From Myxococcales bacterium (GTDB lineage: Bacteria; Myxococcota_A; Polyangia; Polyangiales; Houyiibacteriaceae): DNA of 44,183 nucleotides. Location: assembly GCA_020351445.1 (NCBI GenBank), contig CP070713.1, positions 3,217,654 through 3,261,836 of the forward strand. Reading direction: 5' to 3'. Positions 32,406 through 40,849 of the stretch are shown piece after piece. The position numbers and the translations under genes are program-made. Within the stretch, counting starts at the first letter, position 1. Each line of letters begins with the position of its first letter. The notes beneath the pieces are model-generated. The model was not told the origin of the DNA. It saw nothing but the letters and a program-made list of their open reading frames with translations, and did not search any database.

Positions 32406-33837
32406 TGTTCACGGCGAGCAGCGATTGCCTTTTGACATTGAATTCCAAGCCGCGCTGATCCGCTTGCTATGCGAGGATGCGGGCTTTGGTGCCGTAGTAG
32501 GGAAGCATCTGAAGGGGGAATATTTCGAGGACGAGGGGTTGGCCTGGGCCTGGCGCACGGCCCAGGCGCATGAACAGCGATATGGGGATCTGCCGTCTGT
32601 CCCTACGTTGCGCCAGTATGCCATGATGAGTGATCCGCGACTGCGACAGCTGCACTACGCAACGGCCGTGCGTATCGAGCGGACGCCCGTGCGGGATGAG
32701 CAATTCATGCGGGATAGTGCGGTGGACTTCTGCAAGCGTAATATTTTCACCGCGACGGTGCGGCAATGCGCGCAGCAGTACAATTCCGGGCGAGTCGAGG
32801 ATGCATACGAGCAGCTGGCGCGCGCGACAGACGAGCTCGAGAAAGCGACTTGGCGGACGCCCGATGCGACGTATTTTTTCGATGATCTCGCGCGCCGCAA
32901 TACGTTGCGGCTCTGCGGGGAATCGAGCGGCTATGCGGTGGCGACGGCAATTCATGAGCTCGATCGGTTGCTCGGCGGGGGGCTGAAAAAGGGCGAGCTC
33001 GGGACGTGGATTTCCTATCCCAAGGTGGGGAAGTCCACAATGCTGCTCACAATGGGCGTGGCTGCGACCCGCAGTCAAATGCGGCCTACCGCTCATTTCA
33101 TTTTTGAGGGGGCGAGAAAGCAGGCGGAGGACCGTTACGAGGCAGCGTTTACGCAGGAAGCCTATCAGGAAGTGCGGACGCGTGGCCTAGAATCGTCGGC
33201 GTTTCGTGACGCGTGGGAGCAGTATCAGTATTTGCGTGGGCTGCTTTGGCTGCAGGCAATGGTTGAGGAATGGGACTACACCGCGATAGAGATCACTGAG
33301 AGCTTGCGTGCCCAGAAGCGTGCGAAAAATTGGACCCCCGATCTGGTGATCGTCGATTATGGCGATCTGCTTTCCGGACGGCACAAGCCCTACCGAAGCG
33401 AGCAGCAGAAGCAAAAGGACGCTTTCCGGGATCTTAAAATGCTGGCTTCGCGGGGATATGCTCTGTGGACGGCCAGCCAGGTGCAGCGGCCGAAAGAGGG
33501 GGCTGAGGATGACGCACATTGGATTTTCGCGCGCCAGATCGCGGACTGTTACGAGAAGGTGAGGGTCTGCGATTTTATCGGCTCGCTGAATCAAACCAAC
33601 GCGGAGCGGAAGCACAAAGTCATGAGGATATTTGCGGAGCTCTATCGGGACAACGAAGCGAATTTGCGCTTTCTCGTATCTTGCGATTTTTCTGTGATGC
33701 GCATTGCGTCCGGCAAAGACCTATGGTCGCCGAGTATGGCTGATCTGCAATCGGGGACTGGGCTGGGTATGCAGGACAAGGGACGGACGCCCAAGACGGC
33801 GGACCGGCCGCAGCAATTGACCGCTCCGCTGACATGA
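32389..33837 (+). CDS. dnaB: DnaB-family replicative helicase
   Basis: Starts at MEQGVDV. PFDIEFQAALIRLLCED is an N-domain-like pattern. Walker A YPKVGKST, Walker B LVIVDYGDLL, and ASQVQR (the SQLNR-like motif). Confidence 0.8.
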   Translation: MEQGVDVHGEQRLPFDIEFQAALIRLLCEDAGFGAVVGKHLKGEYFEDEGLAWAWRTAQAHEQRYGDLPSVPTLRQYAMMSDPRLRQLHYATAVRIERTPVRDEQFMRDSAVDFCKRNIFTATVRQCAQQYNSGRVEDAYEQLARATDELEKATWRTPDATYFFDDLARRNTLRLCGESSGYAVATAIHELDRLLGGGLKKGELGTWISYPKVGKSTMLLTMGVAATRSQMRPTAHFIFEGARKQAEDRYEAAFTQEAYQEVRTRGLESSAFRDAWEQYQYLRGLLWLQAMVEEWDYTAIEITESLRAQKRAKNWTPDLVIVDYGDLLSGRHKPYRSEQQKQKDAFRDLKMLASRGYALWTASQVQRPKEGAEDDAHWIFARQIADCYEKVRVCDFIGSLNQTNAERKHKVMRIFAELYRDNEANLRFLVSCDFSVMRIASGKDLWSPSMADLQSGTGLGMQDKGRTPKTADRPQQLTAPLT

Positions 33838-34838
33838 GCGACCTACGCGCGGCCATAGACGCTTTCGATCTTGAGTCGTATGTGCTCGAGCACGGAGCGG
33901 ACGAGCGCCAGCGTGGGGAATGGACTCTCACGTGCCCGATCTGCGCCGGGGAAAAACTGCTCGTCAACATGCGCAAAAAAACCTGGCATTGCTGGGTGTG
34001 TCAGCGCTTTGAGCTCCGCTGGACGGGCAACGCATACAAGCGTGTTGCCACGCGCGGCGCCGGGGGGCTGCTGCAGCTGGTGCAGCTGCTCGAAGGCTGC
34101 TCGCGCAATGAGGCAGAGCTCCGCGTGCTACGGGGCCGCGTGCGGCGCCCTGGCAGTCTGCAGCGCGTGGACGTGGCAGAGCTCGAGGGGCCACCGGCTC
34201 CGCCGATGCAAGCGCCGGCCATTGCTCCGCCCCCAGGCGTGATCGCCTTTGAGCGGGTGCTGCCCTATCTGCAGAGCCGCGGGATCACGTGGGAGGACGT
34301 GCAGGCCTTCGCGCTCAGCTGGTGCCCTTGGGGGCGGTACAAGGATCGCTGTGTCTTTCCGTGCTTCGAGTCTGGCCGGCTGGTGTATTGGCAGGCGCGC
34401 GCCATGTGGGAAGGCTCAGGGCGCGATTTTGTGAAGGCGCTGAATCCTCCCCGTGTCCTCGGAGGCGTGACGAGCGCCGAAGTCCTTTTTAACCTAGATC
34501 AGGCGGTCCGCGTGGGCCACGGGCACGTCTGTATCTGCGAAGGCCCCATTGATGCCATCCATGCGGGTTATGACGCTGTGTGCACATTCGGTAAGCAGAT
34601 CAGCGGAGCACAGATCGGCAAAATGCTCCAGAGGGGAGTTGATCGCGTGGATGTCATGTGGGATGCAGATGCGAGCAGGGATGCAGCAGTGGCCGCGCAA
34701 CGCTTGTCCGCGCTCTTTCGCGTGCGTCTAGTTGTGCTGCCGTCTGGCGACCCTGGGGACTGGCCACGCGATCAATTGTGGCGGATGCGACAGAGCGCGC
34801 CATGGGTATGGCGCGAATCGCGTCTTTCGCGACTGTAG
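33834..34838 (+). CDS. DNA primase (zinc ribbon plus TOPRIM, T7 gp4 N-terminal type)
   Basis: CPICAGEKLLVNMRKKTWHCWVCQ zinc ribbon. TOPRIM motifs CEGPIDA and WDADASRD. ATGA-coupled to the helicase gene. Confidence 0.8.
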   Translation: MSDLRAAIDAFDLESYVLEHGADERQRGEWTLTCPICAGEKLLVNMRKKTWHCWVCQRFELRWTGNAYKRVATRGAGGLLQLVQLLEGCSRNEAELRVLRGRVRRPGSLQRVDVAELEGPPAPPMQAPAIAPPPGVIAFERVLPYLQSRGITWEDVQAFALSWCPWGRYKDRCVFPCFESGRLVYWQARAMWEGSGRDFVKALNPPRVLGGVTSAEVLFNLDQAVRVGHGHVCICEGPIDAIHAGYDAVCTFGKQISGAQIGKMLQRGVDRVDVMWDADASRDAAVAAQRLSALFRVRLVVLPSGDPGDWPRDQLWRMRQSAPWVWRESRLSRL

Positions 34839-34847
34839 GGGGAGCGG

Positions 34848-35075
34848 TTGCGACGGAAAATATCCATATTTTTGCCGGCAGACACTCTGACACTGATCGA
34901 TGAGGTGGCCCGTACTAGGCTCGGCGTGGGGCGCAGTGCGTTCCTGGCCGTGGGCGGGATGTGTCTGGCTGCGCGGTTCTTGGCGATCACACCGCGTCCC
35001 AAGCGCAAGCAAAGTCTCGCTGCGTTGGAGGCGCTGCTTTCAGAGCTACGCGATAGGGTCGAAAAAGCGCAATAA
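34848..35075 (+). CDS. Ribbon-helix-helix (CopG/Arc-like) DNA-binding protein
   Basis: 75 aa, TTG start. KISIFLPADTLTLIDEVARTRLGVGRSAFLA fits the strand-helix-helix pattern. Confidence 0.6.
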   Translation: MRRKISIFLPADTLTLIDEVARTRLGVGRSAFLAVGGMCLAARFLAITPRPKRKQSLAALEALLSELRDRVEKAQ

Positions 35076-35247
35076 ATTAGCGGAGATACATATGGGGTCC
35101 GGGTTTGCCTAGTTTTCAGGGAAATCTGTTGCGTTTTGCTCCAATCTTGCGCTAACGTCCGAAAATCCGTTGTTGTTTAGGGCTGTTACTTGGCCGTGGC
35201 CAGAAGGGCCGCGGTGTGCGCCGGGGTTTGCCCGGCTTGGGGCTTCT

Positions 35248-35766
35248 ATGGGGACCGATCCTATCGAGGGATACCTGCCTGCTATCGAGACTGTGGCGCG
35301 CTCTGCTGCGCCGGTGGCCAACCGGTTGGACCGGTTGGCCTATGACCGCGAGGACTACCGCCAGGAGCTCGTCTGCGTGGCGCTTCAGGCGCAAGGCTCC
35401 TTTCGTCGTCGCGTGGGCTTCTGCGGGCCGCATGAGCGCCGCTATGTGCTGCGGAGTCTCTGGAATCACTTGCGCTCGCGCTTTCGCTCGCGTGTGCGCG
35501 TGCTCGGGGAGGGGAAGGCCCGTGCGGTCGTGGGTGACTGGGACGTGATGGATCACGTAGTGGACACCGCCGGTCAGCATGAGGCCCGGGAGTTCCTAGC
35601 TGCTGTTGGGGAGGCCTGCGACGGCGCAGAGCTCGAGCTCATTGCCCGCTTGGCCCAGGCGGGGGGTCACGTGCCCAGGGCCCATGACCCTGATCAGGAC
35701 GGCTCGATCTCTGCTTTTCGTCGCCGTGTCCGCGCGGTCAGGGAACGTGTCAGATCCTTGCGGTAG
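35248..35766 (+). CDS. Divergent sigma-70/ECF-like factor
   Basis: LAYDREDYRQELVCVALQAQGSF...RRYVLRSLWNHLRSRFRS resembles region 2 (D.ED..QE......, ...N...D..R). The C-terminal ELELIARLAQ...SISAFRRRVRAVRERVRSL resembles the region 4 helix. Start chosen at MGTDPIE. Confidence 0.45.
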   Translation: MGTDPIEGYLPAIETVARSAAPVANRLDRLAYDREDYRQELVCVALQAQGSFRRRVGFCGPHERRYVLRSLWNHLRSRFRSRVRVLGEGKARAVVGDWDVMDHVVDTAGQHEAREFLAAVGEACDGAELELIARLAQAGGHVPRAHDPDQDGSISAFRRRVRAVRERVRSLR

Positions 35767-35771
35767 GTTGC

Positions 35772-35806
35772 TGACTCGTTTTCTGCGCTCGAGCGTTAGA
35801 CCGGGA
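35772..35806 (+). promoter_or_regulatory. Conserved promoter-like motif, copy 3
   Basis: TGACTC-N16-CGTTAG-ACCGGGA, 6 nt after the sigma-like stop and 38 nt before ATG 35845. Confidence 0.45.
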
Positions 35807-35844
35807 AAGGGCGGAGGTGGTAGGGGGGGACAATCGGAGGTGAA

Positions 35845-36789
35845 ATGGAAGCGTTACCCTATCAGATCACGGGGGGGCGGTGGCTTGTCACTGGGCCCCT
35901 ACCGAACGACTGCCAGCTGATCGAGCGCAATGGGCAGCAAATTTTCACAGACGCCGCGGGGAATCCACAGCCGGATTGTTTTGGGGTTTTCTGGGAAGCC
36001 GTTGGGCCTGAGACGGACACCGAGAATTGCCGTGATTGCGATCTCGAGCCTATCTGTCGCATGGCCACGGTGCATTACCGGATGCCAGCAGCCCTAAAGG
36101 GACTTGGCGGGCCGCTCGGGGAGCATACCGCCGCTGCGTTGGCGCCCCAGCTTGAGCTCAATTGTGAGGCTGTGCGTGCCCTGGTGGCGGATTGGCGGGC
36201 ATTGAATGAGCCCGCACAGGGTGTGCAGCCGAAGCGGCCGAAGCGAGCTCCGCCGGCCGCTGGGGGGGAAAAGGCGGGACCCCCGGAGCCGGGCGGAGGG
36301 CCCCCCGAAAACCCTATGTGCGCCCCGTCTGCTCAGATTGTGGCGGGCGGGGCTACGCAGCCGGCGACAAAAATACTCTATGCCCGACTTGCCAAGGTTT
36401 GGGATGTCCACCGGCGGATCTGGATCCGCCCGTGGGAGGCTCGCAGCCAATGGCAGAAGGAACGCCAGGCCAACGAATGGATCCGCCGGTTGCTGCCGGG
36501 AATGATTCTGCGGCGGTCGTTTGCGGGCCAGTGGTGGACGGTGCAGGTGCACAGCCATGCGTATCAATTCCAGGGCCGGCGGTATCCGACGCTGACCGCA
36601 GTAACGGGGGAGGTGTTTTCGCAAGTCCCTGTCCGCCGCCGTACCCAACAGCAAAGGACCATTCATTGCCCGAGTCACGTGGCCAGGTTTTGGTGCCTGC
36701 CAAAGCTTCTAGAGGTGGATCGGAGGAAGGTTGCTGGGGTTGCAGAAACGATGCTCGCGCGCTTGCACAACAGGTTTTGGCGCGAATGA
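35845..36789 (+). CDS. Protein with a Cys-rich N-terminus and a DUF2924-like C-terminal domain
   Basis: LLPGMILRRSFAGQWWTVQVHSHAYQFQGRRYPTLTAVTGEVF matches the DUF2924 pattern (L.pGt.L.R.w.G..h.V.v....f.y.G..Y.SLSa.A..ITG), from memory. Confidence 0.45.
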   Translation: MEALPYQITGGRWLVTGPLPNDCQLIERNGQQIFTDAAGNPQPDCFGVFWEAVGPETDTENCRDCDLEPICRMATVHYRMPAALKGLGGPLGEHTAAALAPQLELNCEAVRALVADWRALNEPAQGVQPKRPKRAPPAAGGEKAGPPEPGGGPPENPMCAPSAQIVAGGATQPATKILYARLAKVWDVHRRIWIRPWEARSQWQKERQANEWIRRLLPGMILRRSFAGQWWTVQVHSHAYQFQGRRYPTLTAVTGEVFSQVPVRRRTQQQRTIHCPSHVARFWCLPKLLEVDRRKVAGVAETMLARLHNRFWRE

Positions 36790-36971
36790 TCCGCACGTGT
36801 GGCTTGACGGAGCCGCGCTGCGATTTTCTGCCGTCTGAATCTGCGACGGCGAGCCGTGGGAGCCTCAAGCGGATCGGCCCGGTATCCTCGTTGCGCATGC
36901 TGCGGTTGATGCATTCTGGGTTGTCCTTTTCCGACGCCTTGGACGTGGTGGTCAATTGTCACTACAGCTGA
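36786..36971 (+). CDS. Small hypothetical protein
   Basis: 61 codons, ATGA-coupled to the preceding stop and overlapping the polymerase start. This is only the 3' part of tracked ORF 36318..36971. Confidence 0.35.
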   Translation: MIRTCGLTEPRCDFLPSESATASRGSLKRIGPVSSLRMLRLMHSGLSFSDALDVVVNCHYS

Positions 36972-38926
36972 GAGCATTTTACGAGCAGTGCGACGATCCG
37001 CAGCGTCGCATTGTCGAGGACGGCGCTACGTTTGAGCGCTTGCTTGCATGGTTGCGGACGCGCCAGGCCGTGGTGGTCGACTATGAAACTAGCGGCCTGG
37101 CCTGGTATCACAAGGCTAGGATTTGCGGCGTGGGCTTGGGTGCGTGGGCGGATAGCGGGGAATTTTTCGCTGCGTATGTCCCTATCCGCCATCGCACCGC
37201 CCAGCCGCAATTGCCTGAAAAGCACGTCCTCGCTGGTGTAGGGGAGATCCTGGCCGATCCGTCGATCACCAAAATAGGGCATAATCTGAAATTCGAGGAC
37301 CATATGAGCCGCGTTGATGGAATGCGGATCTGCGGTCCCCGCGTCGACACGATGGTTGCGGCCCACCTATACAATGAAAACCGCCCCGTCCAATTGGAGC
37401 AGCGCGCGCGGGATGACTTGGGCGTCCAGGACGCCTACGCAACATCCAAGTTGGTGACAGAGCGCATTGCTCGCCTGGCGCGCGAAAATGGGCTTTCCCG
37501 GGAGCGGTATCGTGCGCGCTATGGGTATTCTGAGCTCGATACGCATTTTTGTGGGCGCTACTGCTGCGGTGATCTGATTCACACGGCGGGCTTGGCAAGT
37601 CTGTATCTGAATTGGGGTGTGCGGGAGCATTTCCCGCGTCTGTGGGACACGGAAATGCGGTTGACGGAGGTTCTGTGCGACACGGAGTGCGCGGGGCTGA
37701 AAGTTGACACGGAATATCTGAGCAAGCTTCGAGACACGGTGCAGGCGACGAAAGCGGCCCTAGGTCAGCATTTGTGGCAGGCCACCGGGGGCTATGAGCT
37801 CAATCCAGGCAGCGATCACGACGTGCGGAAATTCCTGGCGGACGTGATGCGCCTTCCGTTGTCCAAGGTGACGGATAAGGGGGAATGGAGCGTTGACGCT
37901 GAAGTCCTATCGGAATTCGCTGAGGGCAATCACGTCTGCCGGTTGTTGCTGCAGTGGCGCGAAGCGGATAAGCTGGCGACGACCTACACCGATTCGATTC
38001 TGAAGCGGCTAGACGACGCTGATTTTTTGTATGCTGACTTGCAGCAAATGGGTGCGGCGACCGGCCGGCTCAGCTGCAAGGATCCAAATTTCCATAATTT
38101 CCCTACTGACAGCAACGATCGGGCCGTTGCTCACAGCGGCAAGAAATTGAAGGAGGGTGGCGTTGATCCATGGTCAATACGTCGCGCTTTTCTTGTGCGC
38201 GAGCCTGGCTGGACGCGAATTTTTCTGGACTACAGCCAGATCGAGCTCCGCGTGCTGGCCCATTATTCACGCGATCCAATCATGGTGGATGCTTTTTTGC
38301 AGGGCGCCGATGTGCATGAGCGCACTGCGAGCGAAGTGGCAAAAATTCTCGGCTATGAGCCTGAGCGCCGCATAGCAAAAATCGTCAATTTCGGCTTGTC
38401 CTACGGGATGAGTGAAATCGGATTGCAGCGGCAAGCGAAAATTCCTTTTGTCGAGGCTGAAGCTTTCTTGCGCGCCTTTTTCCAGAAATACGTGGGCGTG
38501 CAGCGCTACCGATATTCGGTGGTCCAGGAAGCGCTCAGCAACGGTTGTCAGTGGCGCAATGTTTTCGGCCGCTGCCGGCGGATCCCGGCTCTCAATTCGC
38601 AGCATGCGAACGAGCGCAACGCGGCCATGCGGCAGATGATCGCTTCTGCCATCCAAGGGACTGCTGCCGAGCTCACGAAGGAAAGCATGGTGCGGATCTC
38701 GGACTGGCTGCGGGCGGAAAACTCGCCAGCGATGCTCTGCAATACGGTCCATGATGAAATCCAGATCGATGCGCCGGACGAATGCGTGCCGGCGGTGATC
38801 GAGCAGTGCAAGAAATTGATGGAGGACTATCCGGAATTTGCCCCGATACCGATCTTGGTGGACGCTGAGACTTCCACTAAATCGTGGGCAGACAAAACAG
38901 CATATTCGCCAGGGGGGGAATCATGA
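36956..38926 (+). CDS. polA: Family A DNA polymerase with a 3'-5' exonuclease domain
   Basis: Exo motifs VVVDYETSGL, HNLKFEDHM and YCCGDL. Pol motifs DYSQIELRVLAH (A), RRIAKIVNFGLSYGM (B) and VHDEI (C). The TTG start is uncertain. No 5' nuclease domain. Confidence 0.95.
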   Translation: MSLQLRAFYEQCDDPQRRIVEDGATFERLLAWLRTRQAVVVDYETSGLAWYHKARICGVGLGAWADSGEFFAAYVPIRHRTAQPQLPEKHVLAGVGEILADPSITKIGHNLKFEDHMSRVDGMRICGPRVDTMVAAHLYNENRPVQLEQRARDDLGVQDAYATSKLVTERIARLARENGLSRERYRARYGYSELDTHFCGRYCCGDLIHTAGLASLYLNWGVREHFPRLWDTEMRLTEVLCDTECAGLKVDTEYLSKLRDTVQATKAALGQHLWQATGGYELNPGSDHDVRKFLADVMRLPLSKVTDKGEWSVDAEVLSEFAEGNHVCRLLLQWREADKLATTYTDSILKRLDDADFLYADLQQMGAATGRLSCKDPNFHNFPTDSNDRAVAHSGKKLKEGGVDPWSIRRAFLVREPGWTRIFLDYSQIELRVLAHYSRDPIMVDAFLQGADVHERTASEVAKILGYEPERRIAKIVNFGLSYGMSEIGLQRQAKIPFVEAEAFLRAFFQKYVGVQRYRYSVVQEALSNGCQWRNVFGRCRRIPALNSQHANERNAAMRQMIASAIQGTAAELTKESMVRISDWLRAENSPAMLCNTVHDEIQIDAPDECVPAVIEQCKKLMEDYPEFAPIPILVDAETSTKSWADKTAYSPGGES

Positions 38927-39435
38927 GCGAATTGGACATGGACGCCTATGTGTCGCGCCTGCAAAACATGCCCAGCTGGAATATCCACAGTCTGGACAAT
39001 GAAGGGTCGACCACGTTTCCGTGGTTTCAGGTGCCGCACGATATCTGGCGTGCGCTGGTGATCAACGAATTGAACGCGCAAGCGGAGGCCATGACGATCG
39101 GCGCGGAGATCCAGAAGTGGGGGCGGCTGACTGCGCTTGCGCGCCGCATATGGCAAGTCGAGGAACGCGGATATCGGTCGTGGCGGTCGGCGTTCCTGTT
39201 GGATGCGATGAATCCGGACGGCAAGCCGGACGGGTGGAAAAAGCCGACAAAGGATCAGGTTGAATCAGCCTATCGGGTGGACCCTGACTACAAGCTCTGG
39301 CAGGTGCGGATCGAGCGGGCGGAGGAAGCATACCACGCGACGGAGTGCATGGTTGACGCGCTGCGCGCAAAGAAGGATGCGCTGATCCGTTTTGCTCCGA
39401 CCTGGCGGGATGCGGGAGCCGCCACGGCCGTCTGA
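38923..39435 (+). CDS. Hypothetical protein
   Basis: ATGA-coupled to the polymerase stop, about 170 aa, Trp-rich. No motif recognised. Confidence 0.5.
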   Translation: MSELDMDAYVSRLQNMPSWNIHSLDNEGSTTFPWFQVPHDIWRALVINELNAQAEAMTIGAEIQKWGRLTALARRIWQVEERGYRSWRSAFLLDAMNPDGKPDGWKKPTKDQVESAYRVDPDYKLWQVRIERAEEAYHATECMVDALRAKKDALIRFAPTWRDAGAATAV

Positions 39436-39468
39436 CTCGTTTTTCGGTCCCGAGCGTTAAACCAGGTG
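39433..39468 (+). promoter_or_regulatory. Conserved promoter-like motif, copy 4
   Basis: TGACTC-N16-CGTTAA-ACCAGGTG. The TGA of the motif is the stop codon of the preceding gene. It lies 22 nt before ATG 39491. Confidence 0.5.
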
Positions 39469-39490
39469 GACAGACAAAGGAGCTCGAGCG

Positions 39491-40849
39491 ATGACAAGCT
39501 ATCAATATCCGCCAGCCGGTCAAATGCCGGCCCAGGCGCCCCAGCAGCCCTATCCGCAGTATGCGCAGCAGCAGCCCCAGGGAGCTCCGCCGAGCAATGG
39601 CGGGATGCCTGGCTGGCATGAGGCCAACGACGAGCAGGCGCGGCAAGCGTATGCCACGGCAGCGGCAAGCGTGGGGAATTTCGGACCGAATCCCCAATTT
39701 CTGAAGATCCCAGGGCCGCGTGGTCAGCTGGTTTGGGACAACAGCGTGCCCCAGGGCTACAGCGCGAATTGCGTGATCCGAGTCATGCCCCCGTGGGCCC
39801 AGGGCAAGACAGTTTTCGTTGAGAGCAAGACGATCTTCTACAAGTCCCACAAGTACCCCCGTGGGCGGGTGCTCGGCTACCAGGGGGAGGATAGCCTTTT
39901 CATGCAGGCTATCCAGCGGGCCGCGGACAGCGGCGACGAACGGTTGCAGCGGGTCGCCGCCGACTATGGCCGCGTGCGGACGCAGTATCTCTACAACGTG
40001 ATCGATCTGTCGCATCCGGACAGCCACACGGGGCAGGACGGCGTGATGCGCCCCTATCTGCTCGGCGCTGGCCGCCAGCTGCACCGGGATATCGGCGACT
40101 TGGTTGAGGCCCGCGGCGGGATCAATCGGATCGTGTCCCCGGTGGCAGGCCGTCCGGTTCGCTACACGAAAACCAAGACGGGCCCGGAGCCGATGAATGT
40201 GGAATATGGGGTGATCGATCTTGAACCCCAGGAGCTCCATTCCTATTTCCATCCCATTTTGCAAAACCTGTGGGATCTCGAGGCCCAGATCCCGGTGCCG
40301 ACGCAGGATGACGTGCTCGAAGCGATCCGGGAGCTCGGGCTGCCGGATCCACGGCAGACAATGGCCCAGGTTCCGGGGCAGATGGCAGGGGCGCCCCCGC
40401 AGTCCTACGGCATGAGCTATCAGCCCGATCCCAATCCGCCGCACGGCAGTCCCTACCAGGCCCAGGCGGCTCCGCCCCAGACATGGGCCCAACAGCCCCC
40501 AGGCCCCCCGCAGCAGCCCGCGGGAGCGCCACCGGCTCCTGTGCCCTTCGCCGAGTCACAGATGCAGCAGCAGCCCGCACAGGGGGGCTGGGGGGCACCA
40601 GTCAATCCCGCAGCAATGGGTCAGCCCGCGGCTCCGCCGCCAGCCCAGGGAGCTCCGCCGCAGCAGTGGGCAGGGGCCGCGGCTCCGCCGCCACCGGCAA
40701 TGCCGCCAGCGCAGCAGCAAGCGCAGCAGTGGGGAGGGACTGCGGCTCCGCCGCCAATGCCGACGCAGCAGCCGCCGCCAGTGACCTCGGGGCAGGCTCT
40801 ACCGGGTGGGTATCAGCCGGCACCGGGGGGGCCACCTAACCCTTTGTGA
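39491..40849 (+). CDS. gp32-like ssDNA-binding protein with Pro/Gln-rich N- and C-terminal low-complexity tails
   Basis: The core FLKIPGPRG...NCVIRVMPPW...TQYLYNVIDL...RPVRYTKTKTG parallels T4 gp32 (LKLDNAG..AVIRFLP ... SYWANILVV ... FVLKVKQVSG). The tails are rich in P, Q and A. Confidence 0.55.
   Translation: MTSYQYPPAGQMPAQAPQQPYPQYAQQQPQGAPPSNGGMPGWHEANDEQARQAYATAAASVGNFGPNPQFLKIPGPRGQLVWDNSVPQGYSANCVIRVMPPWAQGKTVFVESKTIFYKSHKYPRGRVLGYQGEDSLFMQAIQRAADSGDERLQRVAADYGRVRTQYLYNVIDLSHPDSHTGQDGVMRPYLLGAGRQLHRDIGDLVEARGGINRIVSPVAGRPVRYTKTKTGPEPMNVEYGVIDLEPQELHSYFHPILQNLWDLEAQIPVPTQDDVLEAIRELGLPDPRQTMAQVPGQMAGAPPQSYGMSYQPDPNPPHGSPYQAQAAPPQTWAQQPPGPPQQPAGAPPAPVPFAESQMQQQPAQGGWGAPVNPAAMGQPAAPPPAQGAPPQQWAGAAAPPPPAMPPAQQQAQQWGGTAAPPPMPTQQPPPVTSGQALPGGYQPAPGGPPNPL

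Noticed and set aside
36318-36785. The upstream part of tracked ORF 36318..36971 (217 aa).
   Set aside because: It overlaps the better-supported 35845-36789 gene in another frame and has a junk-like composition. Only the last 61 codons, from the ATGA-coupled ATG at 36786, were retained, and at low confidence.
39062-40492. A 476-aa minus-strand ORF.
   Set aside because: It is antisense to the SSB-like gene and its Pro/Gln-rich tail. The composition is an artefact (R/G/P/A/L-rich). The + strand frame has the gp32-like core and proper RBS coupling.
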